This document shows, piece by piece, positions 40,107-49,060 of a stretch of DNA of 64,000 nucleotides. The position numbers and the translations under genes were made by a program. The notes below the pieces were generated by a model. It had not been told where the DNA came from, made no database searches, and was given only the letters and a program-made list of their open reading frames with translations. Positions within the stretch are counted from its first letter, which is position 1; each line of letters starts with the position of its first letter. The DNA is from Candidatus Omnitrophota bacterium (GTDB lineage Bacteria; Omnitrophota; Gorgyraeia; Zapsychrales; JAHFFX01): the NCBI GenBank assembly GCA_023247725.1, contig JAHFFW010000006.1:11210-75209 (forward strand), written 5' to 3'.

Positions 40107-40229
40107 TGAAAGCTCCTTTCTCTCATAGACTTCATGCGTAAAATCTCCGGGAACATCGGCGCTCCCTCCAGCGTCTTTTCCTTCTACGGTTTAAGAACGA
40201 CTGGCCGGCCTTCATCGGTTGATTTCATA

Positions 40230-40562
40230 TCAACCCACGGCTGCCTTTGCACTCGTTTCTATCATGACGGTTTGAGAAACTTCTTTTGATTTCTTGTTCC
40301 TTCCTTCCAAAAAATTGTTGACCGGTCGCTTGCGGATAAACCTGCCGGACCCCCCAGCATGACATTTTCCATCGCCGTCAACCAGGGAAGCAGACTGGGC
40401 GCCTGGAAAACCACGCCGCGGTCCGGGCGCGCTTTTGGGGATCAGTTCCTCATAGAATCCCATCGCTTGGATCTGTTTGAAATCCTTCTTCATGGCGAAG
40501 ACTTCCACCGCCGAGAGATCCTGATACTTTTGCAGGTATTCATTGATGAGGTTCTGCGACAT
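40230..40562 (-). pseudogene. Chimeric remnant: N-terminus of the Fe-S/DmsC gene fused to nitrate ABC ATPase fragments
   Basis: The first ~48 codons parallel the 38633 protein. A shifted frame from 40426 reads [25 protein letters not shown]. Confidence 0.8.
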
Positions 40563-41784
40563 ATGCTATCCCGGCTTCCGTTTTAAATGCGGTTTGCTTT
40601 GAAACAATCCTGGGAAAACTCCATCCCCTTTGAACAAACTGCAGCGTTATTAAAGCCCCGAGGCCTGTGCAGGCAAAAACCAGAAAGCCAACCCCGTAGG
40701 AACCAGCCGCATCCTTAAAGAATCCAAGGACCGTTGGAAGAATAAATCCTCCCAGCCCCCCCGCGGCTCCTACAATGCCGGTAATAATGCCAATCTCCTT
40801 CCGGAATCTTAAAGGGACCAGCTGAAAAACCGAACCATTGCCCATACCCAAACAGCTCATTCCAGCAAAAATAAGAAGCGTCACTAATCCAATGGGAGGC
40901 AGGCGACTGATGCCGATCATGAAGACCGCAATGGCGCTAAAAAGGATGGAGAGCATGCGGATGCCGCCAAACTTATCGGCAAGATAGCCTCCGACGGGTC
41001 TTAAGAAACTTCCGGCAGCCACACACAGCGCGGTGAAATTACCCGCCGCTACTTTGCTCAAGCCGTACTGGTCATGAAAAAAGATTCCTAAAAAACTTGC
41101 GAGGCCCACAAACCCTCCGAACGTAATGCTGTAAAAAAAACAGAACCAGAACGTATCCGCTTCCCGCAAGACGGAAAAATAATCCGCGAGTCGTTTGGGC
41201 GCCGGCTGCTCCGGGCTCTCTTTCGCGAATATCATATAAATAGCCAACGTTAAAAGAACAGGAATGATGGCCAGGCCGAATATATTGTGCCAGCCGTAGA
41301 CCTCCGCCAGCCGCGGCGCAAAAAGGCTGGCCAGAACCGTGCCGCTGTTTCCGGCTCCGGCGATCCCCAGGGCCATTCCCTGATGCCGGGGCGGATACCA
41401 ACGGCTCGCCAGAGGCAACGCCACGGCAAAACTTCCACCCGCAATCCCCAAGAGGAAGCCGAAAAAAATCACCTGATGAAACGACAGAGCGAAAAGCCAA
41501 ACACCTAAAAGAGGAATAAGAACAATGAGCTGGCCTAAGATCCCCGTTTTTTTGGGACCGATGTGGTCCACCAAAAGCCCCAGCGGGATTCGTACCAGCG
41601 ATCCGCCCAAAAGAGGAATGGCCGCCATAAACCCTTTCTGAGTGGCCGTAAGGCCGAAATCTTTGGCGATATAAACACCGAGGACACCCATCAGGACCCA
41701 GACCATGAAACTAATATCAAAATAGAGGAACGCCGAAAAAAGAGTGGGTGGATGACCGCTTTTGGCAAAGTCTTTTAATCGCAT
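40540..41784 (-). CDS. NarK/NasA-family MFS nitrate/nitrite transporter
   Basis: AGGSFAV, GAGNSG, RPVGGYLAD, GMGNGSVFQLVP and GAAGGLGGF motifs. ATG at 41784 after GAGGAGG. Confidence 0.93.
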   Translation of the reverse strand: MRLKDFAKSGHPPTLFSAFLYFDISFMVWVLMGVLGVYIAKDFGLTATQKGFMAAIPLLGGSLVRIPLGLLVDHIGPKKTGILGQLIVLIPLLGVWLFALSFHQVIFFGFLLGIAGGSFAVALPLASRWYPPRHQGMALGIAGAGNSGTVLASLFAPRLAEVYGWHNIFGLAIIPVLLTLAIYMIFAKESPEQPAPKRLADYFSVLREADTFWFCFFYSITFGGFVGLASFLGIFFHDQYGLSKVAAGNFTALCVAAGSFLRPVGGYLADKFGGIRMLSILFSAIAVFMIGISRLPPIGLVTLLIFAGMSCLGMGNGSVFQLVPLRFRKEIGIITGIVGAAGGLGGFILPTVLGFFKDAAGSYGVGFLVFACTGLGALITLQFVQRGWSFPRIVSKQTAFKTEAGIAYVAEPHQ

Positions 41785-41811
41785 ATTAGCCTCCTCAATC
41801 AATTTCCCTTG

Positions 41812-42126
41812 TCATTTCTCCAGGATGATTTGCCCTTGTTCCTGTCGAATTTTGAAAACCGCAACGCATTCTCCGGCCTCACTCCCTTGACCGGTTTGAA
41901 AATCAAACTTATGCCCGTGCAGAGGGCACACCACCTTCCCGTCGCCAATCACCCCTTCCGACAGGGGACCCCCTCGATGGGGACAATGATTCTCGACGGC
42001 AAAAATTGTTCCGCTGCGGGAACGGAAGACCGCGATTTCCCGTCCGTGAACGACAAAACACCGGCCCTGCCCCACAGGGATTTGATCAACCGGGCCTAAA
42101 AGAACCTTTGAATTTTGACCAATCAT
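41812..42126 (-). CDS. nirD: Nitrite reductase small subunit (Rieske)
   Basis: CPHRGGPLSEG and CPLHG Rieske motifs; ATG at 42126. Confidence 0.9.
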   Translation of the reverse strand: MIGQNSKVLLGPVDQIPVGQGRCFVVHGREIAVFRSRSGTIFAVENHCPHRGGPLSEGVIGDGKVVCPLHGHKFDFQTGQGSEAGECVAVFKIRQEQGQIILEK

Positions 42127-42130
42127 GTTT

Positions 42131-44638
42131 CTAACCGTTGTTTTCCGCTTCGTGCAAAACCTCGATGAGGCGCGGACCTTCAAATTGATGCGGATACGCC
42201 GGAAACTCCGCTTCCTGCCATGGATCCCGATAAGCCTCGACCGCTTCCGCAATCCTTTCGTCCAGCTGGGCACAAATCCCTAACGAATCCTGCACGAGGA
42301 TTCCCTTCAAGATCTCGATCCCGATCCGCTCGGCAAAGCCATAGGTTCGTTCCAGATATTTGGCATGTTCCCGGTAATACTGAATGAAGCGTCCGATATA
42401 TTTGAGAACATCGTCATGGCTGTTGACGGTGCACAAAAGATCGCCTTTGCGCACCGAACTTCCGGCGGCACCGCCGACGTAAATCTCCCATTGCCCGCCT
42501 TCGATGGCGACGGCGCCAATGTCCTTGACGTAGGCCTCCGAACAATTGCGCGGACAACCGGCGGTCGCCAGTTTCATTTTGTGCGGAGATTCAATCCCCT
42601 GAAACCGCCGTTCGATCTTCTGAGCCAGGGCGATGGAGTCCCCGACGCCGTAACGGCAGAAATCCGTTCCCACGCAACTTTTGCAGGTGCGAAAGGCCTT
42701 CGTATAGGCATGGCCGCTCGGCATTCCCAGATCTTTCCAGATCGACGGCAAATCCTCTTTCCTGACGCCCAAAAGGTCGATCCGTTGCCCGCCGGTGATT
42801 TTCACCATCTTGACTTTGTATTTCATGGCGGCCTGGGCGATCCGCATCAATTCCTCGGGACTCGTCACGCCCCCATAAATCCGCGGCACGACGGAGAAGG
42901 TGCCGTCTTTTTGGATGTTGGCGTGCACGCGGTCATTGATAAAGCGCGCGTCGCGTTCATCGACGTACTCTTTAGGCCAAATGGTTTTGAGCAAGGACGC
43001 GAGACCGACTTTGCTATCGGGGTCTTCTTTGCCGCCGGCCAATTCTTGAAAAACCGCACTGACGGATTTTAATCCGCGGCTCTTGACCTCGGCGACCAGC
43101 TGGGATTTTTCGAGCGGTATCCCGGGCACATAAAAATGTTCAGATGGATCATAGGTCACCTCGCCCAGGCAAGACTCGATCAACTGCGCAATCAGTCCCC
43201 GGCAAGAACCGCAGCCTTTGCCGGCCTTGGTCTTTTTCCCAACGGCAGCCACCGTCTTGCAGTTGGCATCGAGAATCGCGTCGGTGATTTCTTTTTTGCA
43301 AACGCCATTGCAATTGCAAATCTGGGCGTTATCGGGAAGATCGGCAACGTTGATTAAGATCGCGTTTTTTACGGATCCAAAGAATAGTTCCGAGCGTTTG
43401 CTAGGAAGCCTTTCTTCGTTTAAAAACATCTGCATCAAAAGATCGCCGCCCTGCGTGTCACCCAGGAGAATGGCGCCGTAAATCCGGTCGTCGCGGATGA
43501 TCAGTTTTTTATAAATCGCGCGGTTCGGTTCGCGGTAGGTCACGACCTCATCCGACGGCTGCCCTTGTTCTTTTTCACCAAGGGACAATAGCTCGACCCC
43601 CATGACCTTGAGCTTGGTCCCGGTCTTTGAACCGGTATAGGTGGCCTGAGGATTTTTTTCGGTGATCACATCCGCCAAGACCCTGGCCTGTTCCCAGATG
43701 GGATCGACCAGACCGTACAGCTTGCCGCGGTGCTCCGCGCATTCCCCCAAAACAAAAATGTCGGCGTCGCTCGTCCGCATTTGGTCATCGCAAACGATGC
43801 CTTTGTTGACGGCGATTCGAGAATTCTGGGCCACCTCCGTGATTGGACGAATGCCGGCACTGACGATGACCATATCTGTTTCCAGGGTTGTCCCGTCGGC
43901 AAACGAAAGGGAAGAAATCTGCCCGTCACGCGAGTGGATCTTGGCAGTTTTCGTCCCGGTCAAAACGCGCAGGCCCATCGATTCCATGGTTCTTCTCAAT
44001 AACTGTCCTGATTCCTGATCCAGTTGGGCGGCCATCAATTGAGCGGCCGCTTCGATGACGGTCACCTCGACGTTATGGGTCAATAGACCGCGGGCCGCCT
44101 CCAATCCCAGAAGACCGCCGCCGATGACCGCGGCCTTGCGGCAATCTCGCGCGTACTGCGCAATGGCAGAGCAGTCATCGATCGTTCGGAATAAAAATGT
44201 TCCCGGGGCACCGAATCCTTCCATCGGCGGGACAAAGGGCCGCGAGCCCGTAGCGATAATCACGTGATCATAGGATTCCTCGACGATATCACTTTTAGGA
44301 AGGATGTCATCGTTATGGGCATAAGGCAATTGTCCCTGAGGGACATTCACTCCTAAAACAACCCTTCGTTCGCGATCGATCTTAAAGGCCTTGATGCCGG
44401 CATGCAGATGGATGGAATTTTCTTTGTACCAGGAAAGAGGATTGAGAAAGATTTCTTGCGGCTCTTGAGTTTGGTTGAGGACATTGCTTAATAAAATCCG
44501 GTTATAATTCCCATACGGTTCGGCTCCGAACATGGAGATATCAAATCTTCCCGGCACTCGCTTGAGGATTTCCTCGACCACACGGGCTCCGGCCGTGCCA
44601 TTGCCGATCACCACCAATTTCTGCTTGAAATTTTTCAT
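42131..44638 (-). CDS. nirB: NAD(P)H nitrite reductase large subunit
   Basis: YNRILLS, GGGLLGLEAA, CNCNGV..CGSC, HANIQKDGTFSVVPR, CKSCVG and GCPRNC motifs. Confidence 0.96.
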   Translation of the reverse strand: MKNFKQKLVVIGNGTAGARVVEEILKRVPGRFDISMFGAEPYGNYNRILLSNVLNQTQEPQEIFLNPLSWYKENSIHLHAGIKAFKIDRERRVVLGVNVPQGQLPYAHNDDILPKSDIVEESYDHVIIATGSRPFVPPMEGFGAPGTFLFRTIDDCSAIAQYARDCRKAAVIGGGLLGLEAARGLLTHNVEVTVIEAAAQLMAAQLDQESGQLLRRTMESMGLRVLTGTKTAKIHSRDGQISSLSFADGTTLETDMVIVSAGIRPITEVAQNSRIAVNKGIVCDDQMRTSDADIFVLGECAEHRGKLYGLVDPIWEQARVLADVITEKNPQATYTGSKTGTKLKVMGVELLSLGEKEQGQPSDEVVTYREPNRAIYKKLIIRDDRIYGAILLGDTQGGDLLMQMFLNEERLPSKRSELFFGSVKNAILINVADLPDNAQICNCNGVCKKEITDAILDANCKTVAAVGKKTKAGKGCGSCRGLIAQLIESCLGEVTYDPSEHFYVPGIPLEKSQLVAEVKSRGLKSVSAVFQELAGGKEDPDSKVGLASLLKTIWPKEYVDERDARFINDRVHANIQKDGTFSVVPRIYGGVTSPEELMRIAQAAMKYKVKMVKITGGQRIDLLGVRKEDLPSIWKDLGMPSGHAYTKAFRTCKSCVGTDFCRYGVGDSIALAQKIERRFQGIESPHKMKLATAGCPRNCSEAYVKDIGAVAIEGGQWEIYVGGAAGSSVRKGDLLCTVNSHDDVLKYIGRFIQYYREHAKYLERTYGFAERIGIEILKGILVQDSLGICAQLDERIAEAVEAYRDPWQEAEFPAYPHQFEGPRLIEVLHEAENNG

Positions 44639-44653
44639 CCGCTATTCCTCAAC

Positions 44654-45014
44654 AAAAGAGGCCTCACCCGCCGAGTTCTAAATCTGGTGCGGGTGAGGCC
44701 TCATTGCCTCTGGACAAAAAGAAGCTTCCTAAATGGCCCTGCTTCGCCAAATTGTCCTTCGACGTTTGCTCACGGTCCTTCGAACGGTCCTGAAGTAAGG
44801 TTGAAGGAGGTGCTGAGCGTCGTCGAAGGATCGGCTACGCAGGGTTTATCCGTCTGCCTGGGTCGAATCTTTGCCTTTTGTCTGGGAAAACCGACCTACC
44901 TAGCGGAGGCGGATAAAAAAAATCCCGATGGCCATGAATTCGGCTTCATCGGGCTTCTGTGTCCGTCGTTCTTCAGTGAAAAAAGATTTTTGCGACAACT
45001 CTGCCGCCAAAATC
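44654..45014 (-). ncRNA. nirB operon leader: three ANTAR-type hairpins and two overlapping terminators
   Basis: Hairpins gcggc-AGAGTT-gtcgc (44992-45007), cggac-ACAGAA-gcccg (44950-44965) and gaggc-AATGAG-gcctc (44695-44710). Terminators at 44915-44953 and 44654-44702 (14-bp perfect stem). Confidence 0.85.
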
Positions 45015-45020
45015 GTTTCA

Positions 45021-45049
45021 AATATAATTCAAGCGTAAATGTTTGTCAA
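45021..45049 (-). promoter_or_regulatory. sigma70 promoter of the nirB operon
   Basis: TTGACA-N17-TATATT. Confidence 0.8.
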
Positions 45050-45100
45050 GCAATCTTTTCGTTTCGATAGGAATCTCGTCGACGTTTTTGCAAAATTACT

Positions 45101-46330
45101 TTATTTCTTTTGCAGCTCATCCATCAGGATGATCGACTCAGCGATCTCTTTCATCGATCGGCAGGAATCCATACTTTTTTTATGAATCAATCGATAAGCG
45201 GATTCCTCCGAAAGACCATTTAAACGCATGAGGATCCCCTTGGCGCGCTCGATGAGCTTGCGGGTCGATAGCGCCTCGCGCGCCTTTAAGGCCTCTTCCA
45301 TGAGCTTGGTATTCTCGACCGCAACGGCCGCCTGGTTGGCGATCATCCGCAAAGCGGCAATCTCATCCTGACTGAAGTGATGCGGAGTTTTGGTGTAAAC
45401 ATTGATGATACCGATGGCTTTTTCTTTCACAATCATGGGGACCGAAAGCATGGAGGTCAATTCTTCCTTGACCGCGAGGTCGCGGTACATATAGCGGACT
45501 TCCTGCCGCACATCAAAAACGGTTAAAGGGATTTTGCTGCGAATGACTTCCCCACTTAAGGAATTATTGACCCGGACATTCGGCTTGCGCTTGTATTCTT
45601 CGCTCAGGCTCTGCGTTGCCTTGATCGCGAGCTCCTCGGCTTTTTCATCAAGGAGCATGATCGAGCAGATTTTGGAGTTGAGCATCTCCGCCGTCACAAC
45701 AACGATTAAATTGAGAATCTCGTCGAGATAGCGTTCGGAGGTGATCGTGTGGCTCACCTTGACCAAACTATCGAGCTGAGTGGCCTTCTTTTTGGTTTCG
45801 GCAAACAACCGCGCGTTTTCGATGACGCCGCCGACCTGTTTGGCGATGGTGTGGATGAGATTCACCATATTCGCCGGGTAGGCATGCGGTTTGCGGTGTT
45901 GAACATTGATGACTCCGATCGCCTTGCCTTGATAAATGATGGGGACAGACAAAAAAGCCTCGTAGCGATCCTCTGGCAGGACATCAAAATTCTTGAACCG
46001 CGGATCTTGATAAGCATTCTTCTTGATGGCAACCGGCTTATTCTCCTTGGCAACCCAACCGGTAATTCCCTCGCCGACCTTGAGAATCACCCGGCCGACT
46101 TCCTTTTTGTGCGGGGTTTTGGAAGCGGACAACACCAAGTTGGTCTTTTTGTCGTCGAAGAGATAGATAAAGACGGAATCGGCTTGAGTCGCGTCATTGA
46201 CAATCTTTACCACTTCCTGGAGAATCCAAGGAAGATCGAGCTCGGAGCTTGTAATATCAACGATCTTGCGCAAAATTTTAATTTCCTGTCTAGAAACATT
46301 TCCGCTTTTATTGCTCGTTGCCATGTCCAT
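45101..46330 (-). CDS. GAF-GAF-ANTAR RNA-binding antiterminator
   Basis: Two GAF repeats (GEGITGWVA...FLSVPI...GVINVQ; MLSVPM...GIINVY) and a C-terminal RKLIERAKGILM...SEESAYRLIHKKSMD...MKEIAESI ANTAR motif. ATG at 46330 chosen. Confidence 0.93.
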   Translation of the reverse strand: MDMATSNKSGNVSRQEIKILRKIVDITSSELDLPWILQEVVKIVNDATQADSVFIYLFDDKKTNLVLSASKTPHKKEVGRVILKVGEGITGWVAKENKPVAIKKNAYQDPRFKNFDVLPEDRYEAFLSVPIIYQGKAIGVINVQHRKPHAYPANMVNLIHTIAKQVGGVIENARLFAETKKKATQLDSLVKVSHTITSERYLDEILNLIVVVTAEMLNSKICSIMLLDEKAEELAIKATQSLSEEYKRKPNVRVNNSLSGEVIRSKIPLTVFDVRQEVRYMYRDLAVKEELTSMLSVPMIVKEKAIGIINVYTKTPHHFSQDEIAALRMIANQAAVAVENTKLMEEALKAREALSTRKLIERAKGILMRLNGLSEESAYRLIHKKSMDSCRSMKEIAESIILMDELQKK

Positions 46331-46332
46331 CG

Positions 46333-46788
46333 TTACCCCTTGATCTTGGGAAGGCCAAACCACAATTGCCATTGAATCAGCACAAATAAAACCAAAAAGG
46401 TCAACGCCAGCATGAAACCAAAAAAAAACATCTGGGCCGCGAACCAGCTTGAGAAGCGCACAAACCACATGGACCCGATATCAGAGATAATGAAGACCGG
46501 AACCAAAACGGCCACCAGGCGCTTCATTTTTTCTGTGTAGCCGCTCAGCAAAAAGATGCCGAGCGTCATTCCCCAGACCCCAATCATCCAAAATAAATAC
46601 TTAAACGTATGCTCAGCCAATTCCGCGGTTTCGAAGGAGCCATACCCTTGCGCAATCAAGGCAACCTGCATCCTGGTATCCAACCAGATTTCCAACAAAA
46701 GCAAGAGATAATTGAGTCCCACCAAACACAGCCAAAAACTGACGAACCATCGGGCGCTGTGAGGCCATTGGCGGATATCGGTGAACAT
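46333..46788 (-). CDS. Hypothetical 4-TM membrane protein
   Basis: Four hydrophobic segments; its stop lies 2 nt before the ANTAR gene start. Confidence 0.75.
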   Translation of the reverse strand: MFTDIRQWPHSARWFVSFWLCLVGLNYLLLLLEIWLDTRMQVALIAQGYGSFETAELAEHTFKYLFWMIGVWGMTLGIFLLSGYTEKMKRLVAVLVPVFIISDIGSMWFVRFSSWFAAQMFFFGFMLALTFLVLFVLIQWQLWFGLPKIKG

Positions 46789-46853
46789 AAAAAAACGCTT
46801 TTTGCTCGACAATGAAAATTGCTAATTCCACGGCGCTGGTTTATACTAAATCC

Positions 46854-47024
46854 ATGACGTACGTCATCGCGATTTTAGTTTTGGCCGTTTGCTTTGGACT
46901 CCTGTGCGCAGGTCTCCTGTTTGCCCGCCGCGCCCTGCGTAAAGGCTGCTCTTTGGGTCCAGACTGTCATTGTAAAACCGAATCGACCAGGCCCACGCCC
47001 GATGAAGAGTGTGAGCACCATTGA
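46854..47024 (+). CDS. NqrM-like small membrane protein with Cys-rich tail
   Basis: One TM helix followed by RKGCSLGPDCHCK...EECEHH; adjacent to nqrF. Confidence 0.6.
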   Translation: MTYVIAILVLAVCFGLLCAGLLFARRALRKGCSLGPDCHCKTESTRPTPDEECEHH

Positions 47025-47120
47025 CCTTAAAATTTCCCTCGTCGAAGTTCGCCTCTTCCTAATAATCAATTCACCCTTTTTGGGGGGTGAATTGATTATT
47101 CCGTCATTAATGATCACCGT

Positions 47121-48350
47121 TTAACCAAACGAATCAAACGCGATCATGTCTTTAGGAACGCCCAAATGATCCAGCATTTTTTGAACCGCCTCGATCATCA
47201 TGGGCGGTCCGCATAGATAATATTCGCCCTCTTCCGGCTCGGGATGATTCTTTAAATAATTCTCATAAATCGCCTGATGGATAAATCCGGTCATCCCTTT
47301 CCAATTGTCCTCGGGCAAGGCGGCCGAGAGCGCCACATTATATTTGAAATTGGAATATCTGCTTTCGATGTCGTGAAAATCCTCGGTATAAAACATCTCT
47401 CTTTTGGAACGCGCGCCGTACCAGTAACTGACCTTCCGCTTGGTTTTCAGGGTGTGAAAAAGATGAAATAAATGCGCACGCATCGGCGCCATTCCCGCAC
47501 CGCCGCCGATATAAATCATTTCCCGATTTGTATCTTTAATAAAAAATTCGCCATACGGTCCGCTGAGGGTAGCTTCGTCACCGGGCTTGAGGCCAAAAAT
47601 ATACGAAGAGGCCTTTCCCGGCGGCAGGGTCATGTCCTTGGGGGGTGGCGTGGCGATCCGGACATTTAACATCGCAATGCCTTTTTCCGCCGGGGCATTC
47701 GCCATGGAATAGGCCCGGAACATCGGCTCATCATTCTTGCAGCGGAGGTCCCACAATTTGTATTTATCCCAATCCGGATGATATTCCTTTTCAATGACAA
47801 AATCCTTAAAGTGGACCTCAAAAGTCGGGATATCAATCTGGATGTAACCACCAGCCTTAAAATCTAAATGCTGGTCCTTGGGCAATTCCAAAATCAATTC
47901 TTTAATAAAGGTCGCGACGTTGCGGTTGGAACGAACCTTGCCGTGAAATTTTTGAATATGAAAAACCTCATCGGGGATCTTGATTTTGAGGTCATTGCGG
48001 ACTTTCACCTGACAAGCCAGACGATAATGCTCCTTTTGCTGCCGGCGCGTCAATTGGCCAGTTTCCGTCGGAAGAATATTCCCCCCTCCTTCCAAAATCT
48101 GGCACTTGCACATCGCGCAAGTTCCCCCGCCGCCGCACGCGGAAGGCAAAAAAATCTTTTGATTGGCTAAGGTGAAAAGAAGGTTCGTTCCGGCCGAGAC
48201 GACCAGCGGGGTGGGATCCTCATTGACAAAAATCTTGCAATCGCCGGACTTAACGACCTTGGCTTTCACAAAGGAGAGGATAACGACCAGCAACAAAATA
48301 ACGGCAGTAAAAACGAGGGTACTAACAAAAACGTAGAAAACCAATGCCAT
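47121..48350 (-). CDS. nqrF: Na+-NQR subunit F
   Basis: [37 protein letters not shown] and YLCGPP motifs. Confidence 0.96.
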   Translation of the reverse strand: MALVFYVFVSTLVFTAVILLLVVILSFVKAKVVKSGDCKIFVNEDPTPLVVSAGTNLLFTLANQKIFLPSACGGGGTCAMCKCQILEGGGNILPTETGQLTRRQQKEHYRLACQVKVRNDLKIKIPDEVFHIQKFHGKVRSNRNVATFIKELILELPKDQHLDFKAGGYIQIDIPTFEVHFKDFVIEKEYHPDWDKYKLWDLRCKNDEPMFRAYSMANAPAEKGIAMLNVRIATPPPKDMTLPPGKASSYIFGLKPGDEATLSGPYGEFFIKDTNREMIYIGGGAGMAPMRAHLFHLFHTLKTKRKVSYWYGARSKREMFYTEDFHDIESRYSNFKYNVALSAALPEDNWKGMTGFIHQAIYENYLKNHPEPEEGEYYLCGPPMMIEAVQKMLDHLGVPKDMIAFDSFG

Positions 48351-48451
48351 GGCTAACCCTGTATCTAAATTTATTTAAACAAATTCCGGATACACGGATA
48401 ACCGGCCAGCCGGATTCCCGCTTTCCGGATGACCAAATCACCGAATATCCG

Positions 48452-49060
48452 TTACAGCCGGATCCCGGCAAAACACATGAATCCGACGGACATTAACCCT
48501 GTCAGAAGCATCGTGATCCCCAAGCCCTTGAGCGGTCCGGGAATATTGGAATAACCGAGTTTTTTGCGGATGGCTGACATGGAAATGATCGCCAGGGCCC
48601 ACCCGATTCCGGAACCGGTTCCGTAAACAAAGGATTCGGGGCCATTATAATTTCTTTGGTCCATAAAAAGCGCGCCGCCCAGGATGGCACAATTGACCGC
48701 AATCAACGGAAGAAAAATCCCCAAGGCGTTATACAACGCCGGCGAGAAGCGTTCGACGACCATCTCAGTAATTTGGGTCATGGCGGCAATGACAGCGATA
48801 AAACTGATAAAGATGAGAAAGCTCAGATCAATATTAGGCAATCCGGCCCAGGCCAGCGCCCCTTTCTTTAAAAGAAAATTCTTAATCGCCCAGCATGTCG
48901 GGGTGCAGATCGCCATGACAAAGACAACGGCACAGCCCAAGCCGATGGCGGTTTCCACCTTTTTGGAACAGGCCAGGAACGAACACATCCCCAGAAAAAA
49001 GGCGAGAAGAATATTTTCCACAAAAATGCTTTTGATCGCGAGATTGATATAATGTTCCAT
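48452..49060 (-). CDS. nqrE: Na+-NQR subunit E
   Basis: [10 protein letters not shown] and [10 protein letters not shown] motifs. Confidence 0.96.
   Translation of the reverse strand: MEHYINLAIKSIFVENILLAFFLGMCSFLACSKKVETAIGLGCAVVFVMAICTPTCWAIKNFLLKKGALAWAGLPNIDLSFLIFISFIAVIAAMTQITEMVVERFSPALYNALGIFLPLIAVNCAILGGALFMDQRNYNGPESFVYGTGSGIGWALAIISMSAIRKKLGYSNIPGPLKGLGITMLLTGLMSVGFMCFAGIRL

Noticed and set aside
40107-40230. A fourth ANTAR leader upstream of the porin gene
   Set aside because: No C-ANNGNN-G hairpin overlapping a terminator was found.
18725-44267. Many plus-strand ORFs of 100-290 aa (e.g. 22292-23158, 30421-31146, 38670-39434, 42365-43072)
   Set aside because: They lie opposite well-supported minus-strand genes and show no recognisable motifs.
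44687-45070. 127-aa plus-strand ORF in the nirB upstream region
   Set aside because: It overlaps the promoter, hairpins and terminators of the minus-strand leader and has no protein-like features.
33226-45100. sigma54 (-24/-12) promoters, NtrC boxes or a glutamine riboswitch upstream of the nitrogen genes
   Set aside because: No convincing TGGCAC-N5-TTGC or glnA-motif structure was found by eye. The sigma70 plus ANTAR design explains the leaders. An Rfam scan was not run.
34673-46468. Extended N-termini in the ORF track for MOSC (34744), the Fe-S fusion (38687), nirD (42273) and the ANTAR gene (46468)
   Set aside because: They overlap upstream genes or repeats. Downstream starts with an RBS or stop-start coupling fit better.
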